From NCBI RefSeq assembly GCF_041956535.1, contig NW_027192195.1:832785-896784 (forward strand): 64,000 bases of DNA, in the 5' to 3' direction. A program made the translations under genes and the position numbers. Positions 28,401-42,100 of this stretch are shown here, in pieces. Source of the DNA: Calcarisporiella thermophila CBS 279.70. Its lineage: Eukaryota > Fungi > Calcarisporiellomycota. How positions within the stretch are numbered: the first letter of the stretch is position 1; every line of letters starts with the position of its first letter. The notes under the pieces were generated by a model. It was not told the origin of the DNA. It ran no database searches and worked only from the letters and a program-made list of their open reading frames with translations.

Positions 28401-30531
28401 TTCAACTTATATTTGTAATTGGAAAAGCGTTGATTTCTATATTCCATTTTTCTATAGGTTTGGGTTGGGGTTGTGCCGACAGGGTAAATTCACAATTTCT
28501 GCAGTAAGGCTATCAATTTTGCTCAGTAGATATAGCAAATAGGCCTACAAACATAAACTTTAGCGGGCAGTATAAAAATATCGAGAGCTTGAGCTATCAA
28601 GATGAGTTAGGAAAAGGTAAACATTTTACTAGAATATTTTCTTCGATACAAATTTAATTTTCTGACTCATCTAGCACTTATTCGATGCGTCGAACACATC
28701 CCCGATGGTGTACTATGTTTTCTTCCTTCTTATAGTATGATGGATAAACTATTAAAACGCTGGAAGGTAATTTAAAGCTATCTTATAATATTTTTATCTC
28801 TGTGCTTATTTATAATTCGTAGACGACCGGTATTTACCATACTTTAGAAAACAAAAAAAGAGTATTTCTTGGTAGTCATTAAAATACTGCTGGGTGTTAT
28901 GTTGCTATCCAGACTAAACTTTTTTTTTGAACTTCTCTTAATTTTCCGCAAAATCAGAACCTCAAAGTGCCACCAAGTCTGAATTTGAAGCAGTGATTAA
29001 AGAGTATTATAAAGCAATTAAAAGGAAAGGAAAAACGTGGAGAGGAAGTGTTAATAATGGAGCTATTTTTTTTGCGGTATATATAATGCTTTTTTTTAAC
29101 GACTAGACACTAACTCTTGTATATTCGACCTAAACTATAGGTTTATCGAGGAAAAGTAAGCGAAGGGATTGATTTTGCCGATGAGAATTGCCGTGGTGTA
29201 ATTGCTGTGGGCATTCCATACCCTAACTTGTGAGAATTATTATTTTAATCACAAAAGTATCAATTTCCGTACTCTTTAATTTACAAATTTTGTTTTGAAT
29301 TTTTAGAAAGGATATTCAGGTTGGTCTAAAACGAGAATATAATGATATCCATTGTGCTGAAGGAAGTAAAAAACTATTGCGCGGAAGTGAATGGTAAACT
29401 TCTTTATTTTTTGTAATTAATGATATTTCTTACTGAAATAAGAAAATACACAAGGTACGATATCCAAGCATTCAGGGCTATAAATCAGGCTTTGGGCCGA
29501 TGCATTCGGCATCAAAAAGATTGGGGTTAGTTGGTTATTGGATAGAGGAAGTTCAGGAAATTAGAAATTAATACAATTGGTAATGGATAGGTGCGATTAT
29601 TTTAATGGAGCAAAGGTTCTTGCAATCGCGGAATATTGGAGGCCTCTCAAAATGGATTCGTGAAAGGATAATGCGGTTTGAGGGATTTGAATCTGCTATG
29701 TCAAATCTTTCCGACTTTATGTCTACTCGTGTTGCTGCTTCAGATATTTATGAATCGCCTGGAACTCTCAAGAGAATATCACCTGAAATAGACAATGAGA
29801 TTAGCGCGATTAGCTCAGGTGCCATCAATGGGTCTAGAATTTCAAATGGATCGACTCCTACGGATATCTCCGTTGGAGCTCCTTGCATTGAGATTAATAA
29901 GACATCCCTAAATTCTACAGAGAATGGAAACCTCTCATATGTGGCGAATCCCTCTAGTGCTGATGCAATTCCTAGAAGTGCAAACCTCGATCGGTTCAAA
30001 AACCAATCACGTCCATCCTCATCTCAAACAAATACTATAATTTCTCGCAGCGTTACTCAACTTACTCCTGCACACCAACAACATATCTCAATAGAGTCAA
30101 ATAGAGATCAACTAACTCTTCTCTATCGACCACGGAAGAAAGTTCATTGTGTGCACTGTAATGGAGAATTGCTTCGTGCAACCTTTTCATCGCAAATTTT
30201 TTGCGACCTTACTGGTCGCCCATATGCGCTATCAATACTTGCACGACAATCTAAACAGGCAATAGAAATAGCTGAAGCTTCAATCTATCAAGCAAATCCT
30301 AGATTTTTGCGGATCACGCAAAGCAATCAACCACTTTCAGTAATGTGGTGTGCTGAAGATGGGCTGTGTTATGAGACTCTTTCTTGCCCATGCAATCGTA
30401 TACTTGGTCTACGGGTGGTTGCCGCCTCTAATGAGATGGATATTGATTTAATAGGAAGAGTTTGGCTCTCATCGTTCGACACATATTTTCGCGACGACGA
30501 TGAGCAAGAGAAAAAAAAGAGAAGATTGTAA
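25499..30531 (+). CDS. FANCJ/BRIP1-like Fe-S DEAH helicase (XPD family)
   Basis: [33 protein letters not shown], four Fe-S Cys (LC..EC..GC..GCPYY), [26 protein letters not shown] and QALGRCIRH; more than 20 introns. Confidence 0.9.
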
Positions 30532-31229
30532 ATATTTTGAATTTCTCTATCCGAATAAAATAATTTCAAAATGTCTTTGCTTGTATTTCGGTCAAGTCGA
30601 GACTTAACATTTAGTATACGTTATCTTTTAACCTAATGAAATTAAAGGTTTAAAATACAGTACATTTTAGACTATTTGGCTAATTTAAAAGCTCAGAGAT
30701 AACCTGGGCATTGCAACTTAAATTATATCAGCCAACTCTTTATTGTATAGATTCTACATGAAAAATCGAATTGATGTTAAGAAAGTGTGCTTGATATTTG
30801 ATTTTGTGTATCCAACTCACTCTACTACTGTTCCTACACATCCTATTATAGATTGAAGTTAATGCAAGAAGGCCGTGTGGGTAAAGAATAAACGTCAAAA
30901 TCCTAAATTTGACACCTGATTCAATTTTGTATGGAACTGAGAGAATAGAGAGGTTAATGTTTAACCTTAATATAATTCAGTTTAGGCACAAACCCACGTG
31001 ACGCAGAGTATCCAGATAGCGGAGTTACAACAACGGATATAGAAAGAGAGAGAGTCTTTGCTGTTTGTTGTTTCTGCTAAATTATAGTGCAAAAGTAACC
31101 AGTGTAGGTATTTTACAATTTCACTATTTCATTATTTAGAAATGAAATTAGCTCTCTAGTTTTCTGATAAGATTAAATACTCTTTTTAACTGCTGCATTA
31201 TTATCTCTGTCAGAATAGAGTACTGTAAT

Positions 31230-33238
31230 ATGCAGGTCGTTCTTGTTCTCCTCTCCATCCTTACCATCTCACTTGCTTTTCCTTTTGAAATCCCCTTCAT
31301 TAAATCTTCTCCATTGCAACAAACACATTGGAAAAATGAAGCTTTAAATCAAAATCGACGTGAGGAGGTCAAAAGGGCCTTTAAACACGCATGGTCCGGA
31401 TACAGGAAATATGCTTGGGGACATGACGAGCTCAGGCCAAACACAGATACGCCTGCTGATCCCAGGTAAATTTTCCATATTCTTACTTGATATTTGAGTA
31501 ATTAACAAAATATTTTTAACCTTAAAAGGAATGGCTGGGGGGGTTGGTATTAGTTGTGAAGCTTCGATATCTGTTCCAGACTGACCTGTAAAATTGACTT
31601 GTAGCAACCATTTTGGACTCTTTGGACACCCTTATTATTATGGGTTTAGATGAAGAGCTCAAAGAGGCACGTGAACATGTCGCCAATCTAGATTGGCGCA
31701 AGACGAAATATCCAATAGTCCAAGTGTTCGAAACTAATATTCGGTATCTTGGAGGGTTGCTTTCTGCTTACGATTTAACTGGCGACCGTTTGTATCTAGA
31801 GAAGGCACGGGAGCTGGCTGACTTGCTTATGCCTTGTTTTGAGTCAGAAACAGGGATTCCTTATCAGAATGTAGACATAAGGAGGTATAGTTATATCTTC
31901 CATATTAGTAATTAATAGTTTGCTGAGTTCTCCTTCATAAACAGTGGGCGGCCCGTTAAATCTGGACTACCAAATGGTTCATCAGACCTCGCAGAAATGG
32001 GAACTTTGCAGCTTGAGCTTGCACACCTTAGCCATTTAACTAGAAATTACACATATTACGAGAAAGTAACTTGCTTCTGCCAAAGCTATTTTAAACAGTT
32101 AAAAATATAGTATTTGATACCATTGTTCGTTATTTATTAAGGCAAAGCGTGTTGTCGATATATTGGAGGGATTAGAACAACCTTATCCAGGTCTTTATCC
32201 TATATTTATCAACCCTACCAATGGCGACTATGAGACTAGTATGTATCTGATTCAAGGTTCAAGTGCATTACTCACCTATATTTTTTTAAATTAGATTATA
32301 TTACTATTGGAGGCGGCGGTGATTCATTTTATGAGTATCTTTTCAAAATGTATTTGTATGAGGGCAAATCTTCTCAACAATACCGCTCAATGTATGAGAA
32401 GAGCATGGATACAATTGAAAATTTGTTATTGGTTAAAACAGCCAATCGAAGTGATCTGGTGCAATTAAGCAGTATTCGTGGAAATCAGCTAATATATTAT
32501 ATGGACGAACTGGTAACTGGTTTAATGGTTTCTGTCTAATTTTAATATGCTGAATTCTTCCTTATGATAGTCTTGTTTTCTCCCTGGAAACTTACTGCTC
32601 GCCTCCAAAGTCCTAAACAACAAACGATACGAGAAAATGGCTGCTGACTTACTTAAAACGTGCGTAAATGCGTGGACTTCAACGGCTACGGGTATAGCGC
32701 CAGAAAGCTGGTATTATGTTGAAAGTACGGGAAAGAGATCCGCTGAATTTGGAAGCCTTGAAAATCAACATCGCGCAGAAACCTGGGGATTTTGGCCGAG
32801 CGCACCATTTTATATTCTTCGACCAGGTATTGGTTTATTTTTTTTTATATTTTAGTTGATTTTGACTTTCAATTCTCTACTCTTCAATAGAAACCATAGA
32901 AAGTTTATTTTACTTCTACCGGTTGACTGGAGATACCCAGTATCAAGTAAATTTAAAACTTGAGCATTTTAACACAGTTTCTTTAACTCTATATTACACA
33001 TAAATAGGATGTAGGTTGGAAGATTTTTAAGAGTATCGACCTTTATTGCAAGACTCCTTCTGGATTCTCTGGGCTAAATGATGTCACGCGCCTTGATGGA
33101 GGTCAGAACAATAATCAAGAAAGCTTCTTCTTTGCGGAGACCCTTAAGTATCTGTACTTGTTATTCTCGCCTGATACGATTCCTCTTGACAAATGGGTAT
33201 TCAATACTGAAGCCCATCCTTTTAGAATCCCCAACTGA
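31230..33238 (+). CDS. Class I alpha-1,2-mannosidase (GH47)
   Basis: Signal peptide, then [70 protein letters not shown] and FNTEAHP. Confidence 0.96.
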
Positions 33239-33728
33239 TTAAGATTCGTTTTAAATGTACTCGTATGTATTCAATTGATTATAACATTGATACTCTGAAA
33301 GTGGTATTTGGTCTAGAATTTGCTTTATTTCAAGCTTCCGAGGTTTAAAGCCTGAAATTCCTTTATGTATTCCCATTTTTTTTATACATATTTTTGAATA
33401 TTTTTATAGTATTGTATAGTTAATCATATAAATTTTTGAACCTTTATCGAGCTCAGCTACTTAAATGTTTGTTTAGATGGAAGAGATTACGAACAATCTA
33501 GGTCGCAAACCTGATTTGGCATCAGATTGGAATTCAAAACAGAATTTCGAGTGTTGAAGGAAATATATTCATTAAATGATTTGATATGTAAAATAGACAC
33601 TTAAAACAAAATATATCTTTGCTAAATTCAGAGAGAGGATGATCCAGAAGAACAACCATTTTGAGACAGCCCAGCACTCTATTAAAAAATCACCTATTAA
33701 CTGAAATGTGAATGATGCGCAGTTCATC

Positions 33729-35022
33729 CTAAGAGCTACTCGAAGATTCACGCATATCATCTGGATGTTTTGCTCTCTCGTCATCAACCTTATCCTCTTC
33801 CGATTTTGTTGATGGCGACTGATTATCAACAGTAGCCATGTCAGTGGCACTATCTGATATTTTTGGAGGATTTTCTGCCTCAATATCCTCTACAACGTCT
33901 TGCTTATCATCCGTGGTATCAGGAAGCGCTTGTCCTGTTTCCAGCATAGCTTCGTCTTCTTCAGCTAGTTCTTCTTCTCTTGCCACCAGTTCATCACTTG
34001 TCATTGATTCTTTATGCCCCAAAATATCGTCTTTCTCACTAAGTAATCTTATCTCCTCCTCTCTCTCCTTTAACTGCTGACTCCACTCTTCGTCCTCGCG
34101 TTTTATTTCCTCTTCAATCGCTGTCTTTTGCTCATCGAGAGCTACCTGTTCATCTTTTGACAGTAGAGCTGGAAGAAAATAGAGATGCGGTAGAGTTTTT
34201 GTCTTCATGAATTTTGCCTTTTCTAATTTATATTTCCGTCGGGTTTCTCTCTAAAGGATATATAAGAGAAATTTTGAATATATGCATATGATATCTCACA
34301 TGAAAAATATTCATACCACGAGAGTTTCGGAACGCAGCAACGATTCTTTTTCTCGCAGTTCTATCCGCCGTCCTTTTCTCTCCTTTCGCAGTCGTTCAAT
34401 TTCCGCAATTTCCTCGCGTTCTTGTCGTAATTTTTCTTGCAGTTTCTGTTCAATTTGCATTCTTTTCTGTGTCTATGATCGGCAATAATATCTAATTATT
34501 TATACTGATTGAAAGAGGAGCAATAAAAATATATATACCGTTTCCGAAAGTTGGCTGTTTTCATTTTTAAACTTGTTCAAAGTTCCTAAAATCATACCAA
34601 ACATACGTTGCCCGCGCTGCCGAATTTCTTTATTATCAAGAGCTAATCTCGGTCGCTTACGTATCTAAGTAAAATAAAATGAATAAATCGAGTTAAGATG
34701 ACAGTTAAGCTTTAAACATACCGTAGCGTCCTCAACACTCGTTTGACTCTCCCCAGCATTAAGTTCCTTTCGATCCCCGGTTAAAATGTCATGTTTATTG
34801 CCACTACCTTTGAAATGGTCACTTGAGGCTCTAGGAATCACGATGCTGGACGGAACGAAACCCACCGTAGCTTGTGAACTAATAAAAAAATCCAAAATTC
34901 AATATAAGATTATTTATGTATTAATTGAAAATATAACATCCATTTAAACAACGTAACATGTGAGTGAAAAATTACCTTTGTTCAAATGATTTTTCACTCA
35001 GAGATTGCTCGGAATCCGTCAT
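33729..35022 (-). CDS. Pinin/SDK/MemA-domain protein
   Basis: KRPRL...RGQRMFGMILGTLNKFK, a coiled coil, ANFMKTKTLPHLYFLP and an acidic tail. Confidence 0.85.
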
Positions 35023-35160
35023 TTCTTGGTATAATTTACTGATCTGAGAGCGTTTCAAGCAATTAAGAGCTTATCGTCATCAGCCACAGAATTCAGAAAT
35101 ATTAAATTATTGCAATCTTAATGCAGTAGATAGATTTATTATAATAGTTTTATTTGATTG

Positions 35161-35785
35161 TTAATATAAGTCTCCTTCGTGATGATCTATGCTAAAGCCC
35201 TGTTCATGTAGCATTCGACTTTTAAGCTTTTCTCTTCGCTGGCGTGCCTCAATCTCCTGCTTCTGTGCAAGTAGAATTTCTTCTACAGGGACTTCGCGAA
35301 GATTGGGCACATCCTCCTTATCCAAGTCCTTGAAAAAACAAGATAAAAACAAAATAGACATCTTTAATTTTCTTCTGAGTATGTAAACAGTACATTCATT
35401 ACTTACAATTTCACCCAGGAGAACCACATTCTCTCCTCGAATCAAAAAAATGCCTCGTGGAATATCACCATATGCATCGCCTACATATATTCTCTCAATA
35501 GTATCTTGCAATACGAGATTGGCTATTGACATTTTAAAATATTCTCATGAGTCAGAGTCGTGAAGAAGGAAATAGTTATTATATTACCAAATTGATCAAA
35601 CGATCTAAGAATCCCAATGAGTTTCCGTCCATCCCTAAGTACGACCATGAGTTTCTCTGGAATAGTAATAAAATTAATAATTTTTATTGAAGATTCTATT
35701 ATATCCATAATTTCATACTATCAACGCAATCCACTAGGCCTGTGGAAGTTGTAAAGATCTGACCCGATGAAATGAAAGGATCCAT
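35161..35785 (-). CDS. LSM1: Sm-like protein Lsm1
   Basis: [34 protein letters not shown]...[19 protein letters not shown]. Confidence 0.96.
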
Positions 35786-36106
35786 GGTAATATTATTAAA
35801 ATGTGCTGGTGGAAGAGAGATACCCCAAATAGTTATAATGTACGTATCAGACGTGATCGTTGGGTGTTGATTAGGTCCTCTCTAGACGCAATTTTTGTGT
35901 TGATCTTTCAAATTCAAACGCAATAAGTGCTTTAAGAAATAATTTATCGACCATATTATTATCTGATATTTTCTGAAATTCGAGATTTTGCTGGAATATT
36001 TATGAAATTAGTTGATCAGTTTGCTTCGTTTAATAATATACATTTTAATATGAATATGATTAAATAAAATGAAGTTGTACATTATGGTTTAATTTACAAT
36101 ATTAGA

Positions 36107-39100
36107 TCATAAAGGAGGCTCTAGCTCTCCCCTTGGCAAGCCTGTTTTCATGTCTGCTTCTAATCTTAATTCTTCTTCTTTCGAGAACTCATCTAACAAA
36201 GCTAGTAATACGAAGTGAATATACCAATTTATATTCGAAATAATATATAGATATCTTACTGGCCCAAACATTTTTAGCAACTAAACCCATCACAGCTTTC
36301 GCCTGAGTAGCGCTAATGTCTTCGCTTTCGATTCCCTGGATCAAATCCGATGTTGGCAAGGAGCTAGAATATTTTTGCCTAGTTATGCAAAATTTTCAAT
36401 ACAAGGCAATTTATAATATTCATATTTTTTGGCTATATAGAACTTACTCCTCATGGGGTGCAGAATTAGGTGAAGAGCTGCTAGTATGCTGGCGCGAAAG
36501 CTGTTGGGAAACGGGGAGGGTAGTTTGTTGATTTGCGGACTTCTGTAAAGATGGAGACTCTGTATTTCTATTACGATTATTAGAGGGTGATCGCACGAGG
36601 ATCGTGGGAACTAACAAAATCATAATACAGAAACAGAATTATTAGCTATACTCATTATTAGAAGATGATAATTTCATATGAACCTTGCTGGTTTCTGTTC
36701 ATCTCCTGCTTAATTTTCAAATAGCGTCGGCGCTGGACTAAAGTGCGTAAGAAACCATTCAACCTCTCTTCATTTACGGACTTTTCGAGATCTTGGATAA
36801 AATCGCGACGACGAACCATTTCCTCGAGACTATACAATGCATTAATTTCTTTGAGGCAATCTGCTTCTATGCCAGTTTTGCTTACCTAAGTGCTCTGTTT
36901 GTATCAACAAGCATATAGGAAAGAACAGACAATACACTATTAAAAGCAAGGCCACGAATACGAGCAGATAACATGATTTCCTACATTGAATAATTAGTAT
37001 TTTCTGGTTTTCCCTTCTAAGCTCCAATAATCTCACCTTATAGATTCTATTAAATAAATTTTTTCTCTCTCTCACAGTGTTCATATCCATGCCTTGTAAG
37101 ATTCCATTTAAATTCTGTAGATTCACTTTGGATGAATAATCTCGCTTATTATCAGGTGGGTCATTTGAATTAGCAACATTAAGGGTTCGGTCAACAGAAG
37201 CTTCATCTTGATATGAAGCGGAAACCGATGGGCGGCGCTTATATTCGGCATCGAGACTTGCTTTGAGAAGATTTGGTATGGTATATTGGTCGTCGTATAT
37301 GCGCATCCCGAATTTTCCTTTGATTCGCTTTAATAAGACACGTATTACTAAATGGCAAAAATGCTTAAGTAAAAAATTCAAAAAATGTAGAGATACCTTA
37401 ATTAGTTTGACAAAATCTTCGGGTGGAATATACCCAGTGCCCAAAGGGTCAAAGTGAGCCCAGCATCTCTTGAATCTATCCATAGAGATATATTAAATAT
37501 AAGTACATAAATGAAACACTCGATATTGTAACATAATTACTCATTTAAATCGTCCATCGTAATCAAGCTGAGGTCATCCTCTTCATAAATGTATGAGAAG
37601 CTATGGATGATTACGGCAATAAACATGTTCAGGAAAATGTAAGTGCAGATGACGTAAAACGAGATAAAGAGAATGTATGCCCATATTGCATGCCCGCAAT
37701 CACTATTTAACGGCTCCTTAGGATCATAAACACAATAGGGTGGTTCAACCATACAATCTTTAAATCAAATGTTAAAAAGCGAATACGAAACTAGTTTAAA
37801 TGTGCTTTTTTTTTACCGTGCATCACTTTATTCCAGTTCTCACCCGTCACGATGCGCACCAGAAGGAGCAGTGAATCCGAGAAACTTCGGAAATTGGCAT
37901 GGGGGTTGTACCATTCATTAAATCTAGTCAGTCCGAACACTTCAAATAGAATGATTTGTAAAAATCTATTCAATCACATAAACTAATTAATATTAAACAA
38001 ACCTTCCATGAACATGATTGCATAAATAACAAGCACCAACAAGAATACTGCTGTCACGTTTGCGATTGCCGGCATTGCATCGCTTCAAAAAGTGCAATAT
38101 GAGAAGAGTTCCAGTTCGAACTAGTAAAATACACTTACGCGAATGCCTTGAATAGTGTCTTCAAAGCACGGAATTTTTGAGCGAGTCTGAAAGCAATCGC
38201 CACCATAAATACGCTCTCAATTCTATTCACCCACTGAATATGCACCCAAAAACGTGGAAATACGCTCACAAGTGCGCCGGTTACAACGATTAAATCATAT
38301 AAATTCCACCCATTCTCTCGCCACTATTCATAATACATTAATATTGGGGGGTTAATTAATCCAAAAAAAAAAATTTACCTTGCGCCATCCAAGTCCTAAC
38401 ATTTTCACTAGAATTTCAAAAGCATAGAGCAGGATAAAGACAAGATAAAAGCATGCTAAATATATTGGAATAGTTAATATAAAGTGTTTCTTCTAATTGA
38501 AATGTATTTTTACCTCTCACTCTCTGTAAAATTTCAGGCTGCCCTTCATATTCTGTCGCCATAATTAATATGTTTAAAACAATTACTCCGGTCATAAAAT
38601 GTTGAAAATAGCCCTTTTTGTCCGTAATCATGTCAAAACATCTCGCACGCCAAGGTGAGGATGGTCGTACGGGCACACTGGAGGCTCGAATTAATTTTAG
38701 TTGACGTTGCAAATCACGCCATTGAGCTTGCTCTAACGTCAGGAGACTAATGCCACTCCGTTGTTTAAAGGTTTCCAAAATAATGCCAATGAAAATCTAA
38801 AGGGGTTGAGGTAGCATATTCATATTGAGTCGACCTATTTTATTTTAAAACAAAAGATAGTTTACCTGTACAACTGCAATTCCGCCTAAAAATACGAATG
38901 CTATGAAAAAAATAAAATAGAAGCGCTTCGAGTCATCCCAGCTGAAATTAGGCTGTTCGCCGATATTTTCTGGTATTTGCATGCCCGTTATCATGACATC
39001 AACCCATCCTTCAAGCGCTGCCATTTCAAATAACGCCAACATTGCTGAAGGAAAGTTGTCAAAATTGTAGCTAATGGGGTTGCTCCATACTCGAGGGATT

Positions 39101-42100
39101 AAAATTTCAGCTGCACCACTCGCATTAAGAACACCGTATTGCTGAGTGTTTGCAAAAAATTCGCCGGTACAATCGACCTCAAAATTAATCCCAGGGTCAT
39201 TACATGATGCAAACTTGCCAGCAAATAAGTTGACACCATAGAGCGCAAAGGGTACAATCATAAAAATTGAAAGCAGGGTCGCATCGATGATTCGGGGTAA
39301 TGCAAGGAATATATCATAGAACATCGCGCGAACTCTTGGAAAATAACGAATCAAACGCAAGATACGCATAGCTTTGGATGCACTTAGTACTCGATCGAAA
39401 TTGGTGCTAGTCGATTCCAAGAACATGCCCACGTATCCCAATAAGACAACTACAAAATCCAAGCGATTCCAACCGTTGCTCAGATAGCTGGAGGGTGTAA
39501 AAAGCAAGCCATCGGCAGTGACACGTATAAAAATCTCAAGCGTAAAAATTAGCTGGAGGCTGAGCTCTGTATACTTGAGTACATCTTTATCTCTGTCACT
39601 AGCCCGCATCCTAGTAGCTGGATCGTTCACAACCACTAGCACAACACTTGCTAATACGCATGCCATTATGAACCAGTTGAATATACTGCGTTTTTCCACG
39701 CTTTTGTCTGTACTAGATCCCACTATTCGTTGGCAGAACTTACGAAATGGGTGGTTGGGTGGAAGAATGCCCCAAGAATTATTGTAGTTTGGAAAGAGCT
39801 CGCGAAGTTCATCTTCTAATATATGTCTAAGACTTTGCTTTTGCTCTTGCTCTGTATCGTGATTGGAACTACGATGATAATAGGCATGGTTAAACATTTA
39901 AAGTAAAAACAATCTGACGCGACACAAACCGAAAAGTATCCTGTTTCTTTAACATTTTGTCGTTTAATTTTCCATCAACTTGCGAATGTCGCCACCATTG
40001 TGAAAATCTGTGTCGAGGACTATGTTGGCTACCTTGTCTGACCTCCTCCTCGTCATCTTTTCCATTTAAACTAACGGTAGTAATCTCAGATTTAGTCCTT
40101 TTAAAAAGCTTGTTGAACCAAGTAAACAGAAATTCTAGTCCGCCTTTCCGCTTTTCCTCTGTTTCCTGTATCAATAAACAAAAATCGTAATATCAAGAAA
40201 TGCACGTCGGCAGCTAAGTAAAGAAAATATATTTACATCTTTTTCTCCCACCATAAATTTATAGAAGTGCCCTTTTGAAAGATCAGGTACCATGTCCTGA
40301 GGTAAAGATTTCACGCGAAGTAGCCTTTGATTTCGCGGGAGAAATTTAAGAAATCCAATATACCTAATAAATGGGAGCATTTACAACCAGTTGATAAACG
40401 TAGCTCAATTATAAAATTACCAATATTTTCGCTTTGAATATCCTTCGTCTTCTTGTTGTATTTTTTTCTTGTTAAAATACTGCTCTACCTGTTGTGATAA
40501 TTTTTCATCGTCTTCAAGATCTAAGTTTTCGAGAACAATGGCAACGAAGAGACTGAGGACGATGTCTGTTGAATTGAAACAGAAAGATAGGTCAAGGTAA
40601 TAATGTAAATCTCTATATGTCCGAAAAGCTAGAAAGAAAGAAAAGGATACGATGTGCAACGAAGTAATAGAGGATGAAAAATATTGCTGTGTATCCTCGT
40701 TGAAAGCCAGATTGCGCCTCCATGGCATCATACAGAAAGTCGACCCAATTTTCTCCCGAAAAAATCTATTCGATTAAGCATTAGTAAACAATACAAACTA
40801 TAAACATTGAATGATGCTTACAATGAATAGCGCAACAAACGATTGATCGAATGTTTGAAATGGAATTTTTGGCTCGCCATTTTCCATTGGTTCAATCAAT
40901 CCACCGAAGAGTTGCATGGGCACAGGCGTAACTACGAACATAAATACAAATGTGAAGAGTATCAAATTGATGATTCCGCTTGCATTGCCAACGACGATTT
41001 GCTATTAGAATATGCATCAGTAAAAAGATCAAAATTTTGAGCAAATATTACTCACTGTCAGCTGATTCACTTTGGGAAAACAGACGAGTAAACGATACGC
41101 TCTTAAGATTTGAAATGCAGTGAGAAACCGGTAGCCACTCCAATTATGGATCGTTGGAACTTGAATAATAATAGTCGCAATGGCAAGGATGAGATCGGCT
41201 TTATTGCGATTGATTTGCCAGAAGTGACGAAGCGAAGGATATACCATCAAACGTACGACGATCTCCAACGCAAAGTACGCCGTAAAGGCAGTTTCGGCGT
41301 TATCTGTAAAATAAAAAGCGTATGTAGAGTCGCGTTATACTTCAAATAAAACAATCTGTACTTTATATACTCACCTAAAGCTTTTAATAATGTGGGAGAT
41401 GCACCGGCATGATTAATCGCCATAACGGCCATGTCAAGTCCTATAATGACTCCAGCGATATAAGCATATGCTGATCCGTTTATAAACAGCGATATTTTTT
41501 GTCTCCACGGGTGTAGTTTAGAATACATAGGATCAGATAGGGACCAGTCTCCATTTTCAAAATCCATCAAGATAGGAGCACTTCGGGTATCAGTGGTGAA
41601 GGCACCGTGTTTGCTCTCCGCTCGTATCTTAGAAAATGCAGTTGTAATCACAGCTAGAAACAAAGATGATAGTGTAGCCCATCCAATTCATTATAAAAAA
41701 ATCGCTACCTACCGATGAACAATTGGATCATCACCATCGCAAGAATGAACACCTCCAGAACGAAGTATATTGGGTCAAGCAAGGAGTCACCATCCATGAC
41801 CATATACATGACATCCGTCCACAACTCCATGCTTGATACCACGAACGCAGTGACAAAGGAATAGAAGACATTCGCATAGCTTAAAGTATCCTTTTTAGGA
41901 TTGTGATTGGGTATGCTAATGCATACTTGTCCCTGAGGACATATATAGGAGCCCATACGCGTCACATCGAATGGCTCAGGACCATTATTGCCATACACCC
42001 CAAACAACGATGTATTGTTCCAATAGCCTCCACAAATATGTTCAGGCATTGCAATATTTGCTGTAGAGTAAAATAGATGAAAAATCAGAGTTAACATATG

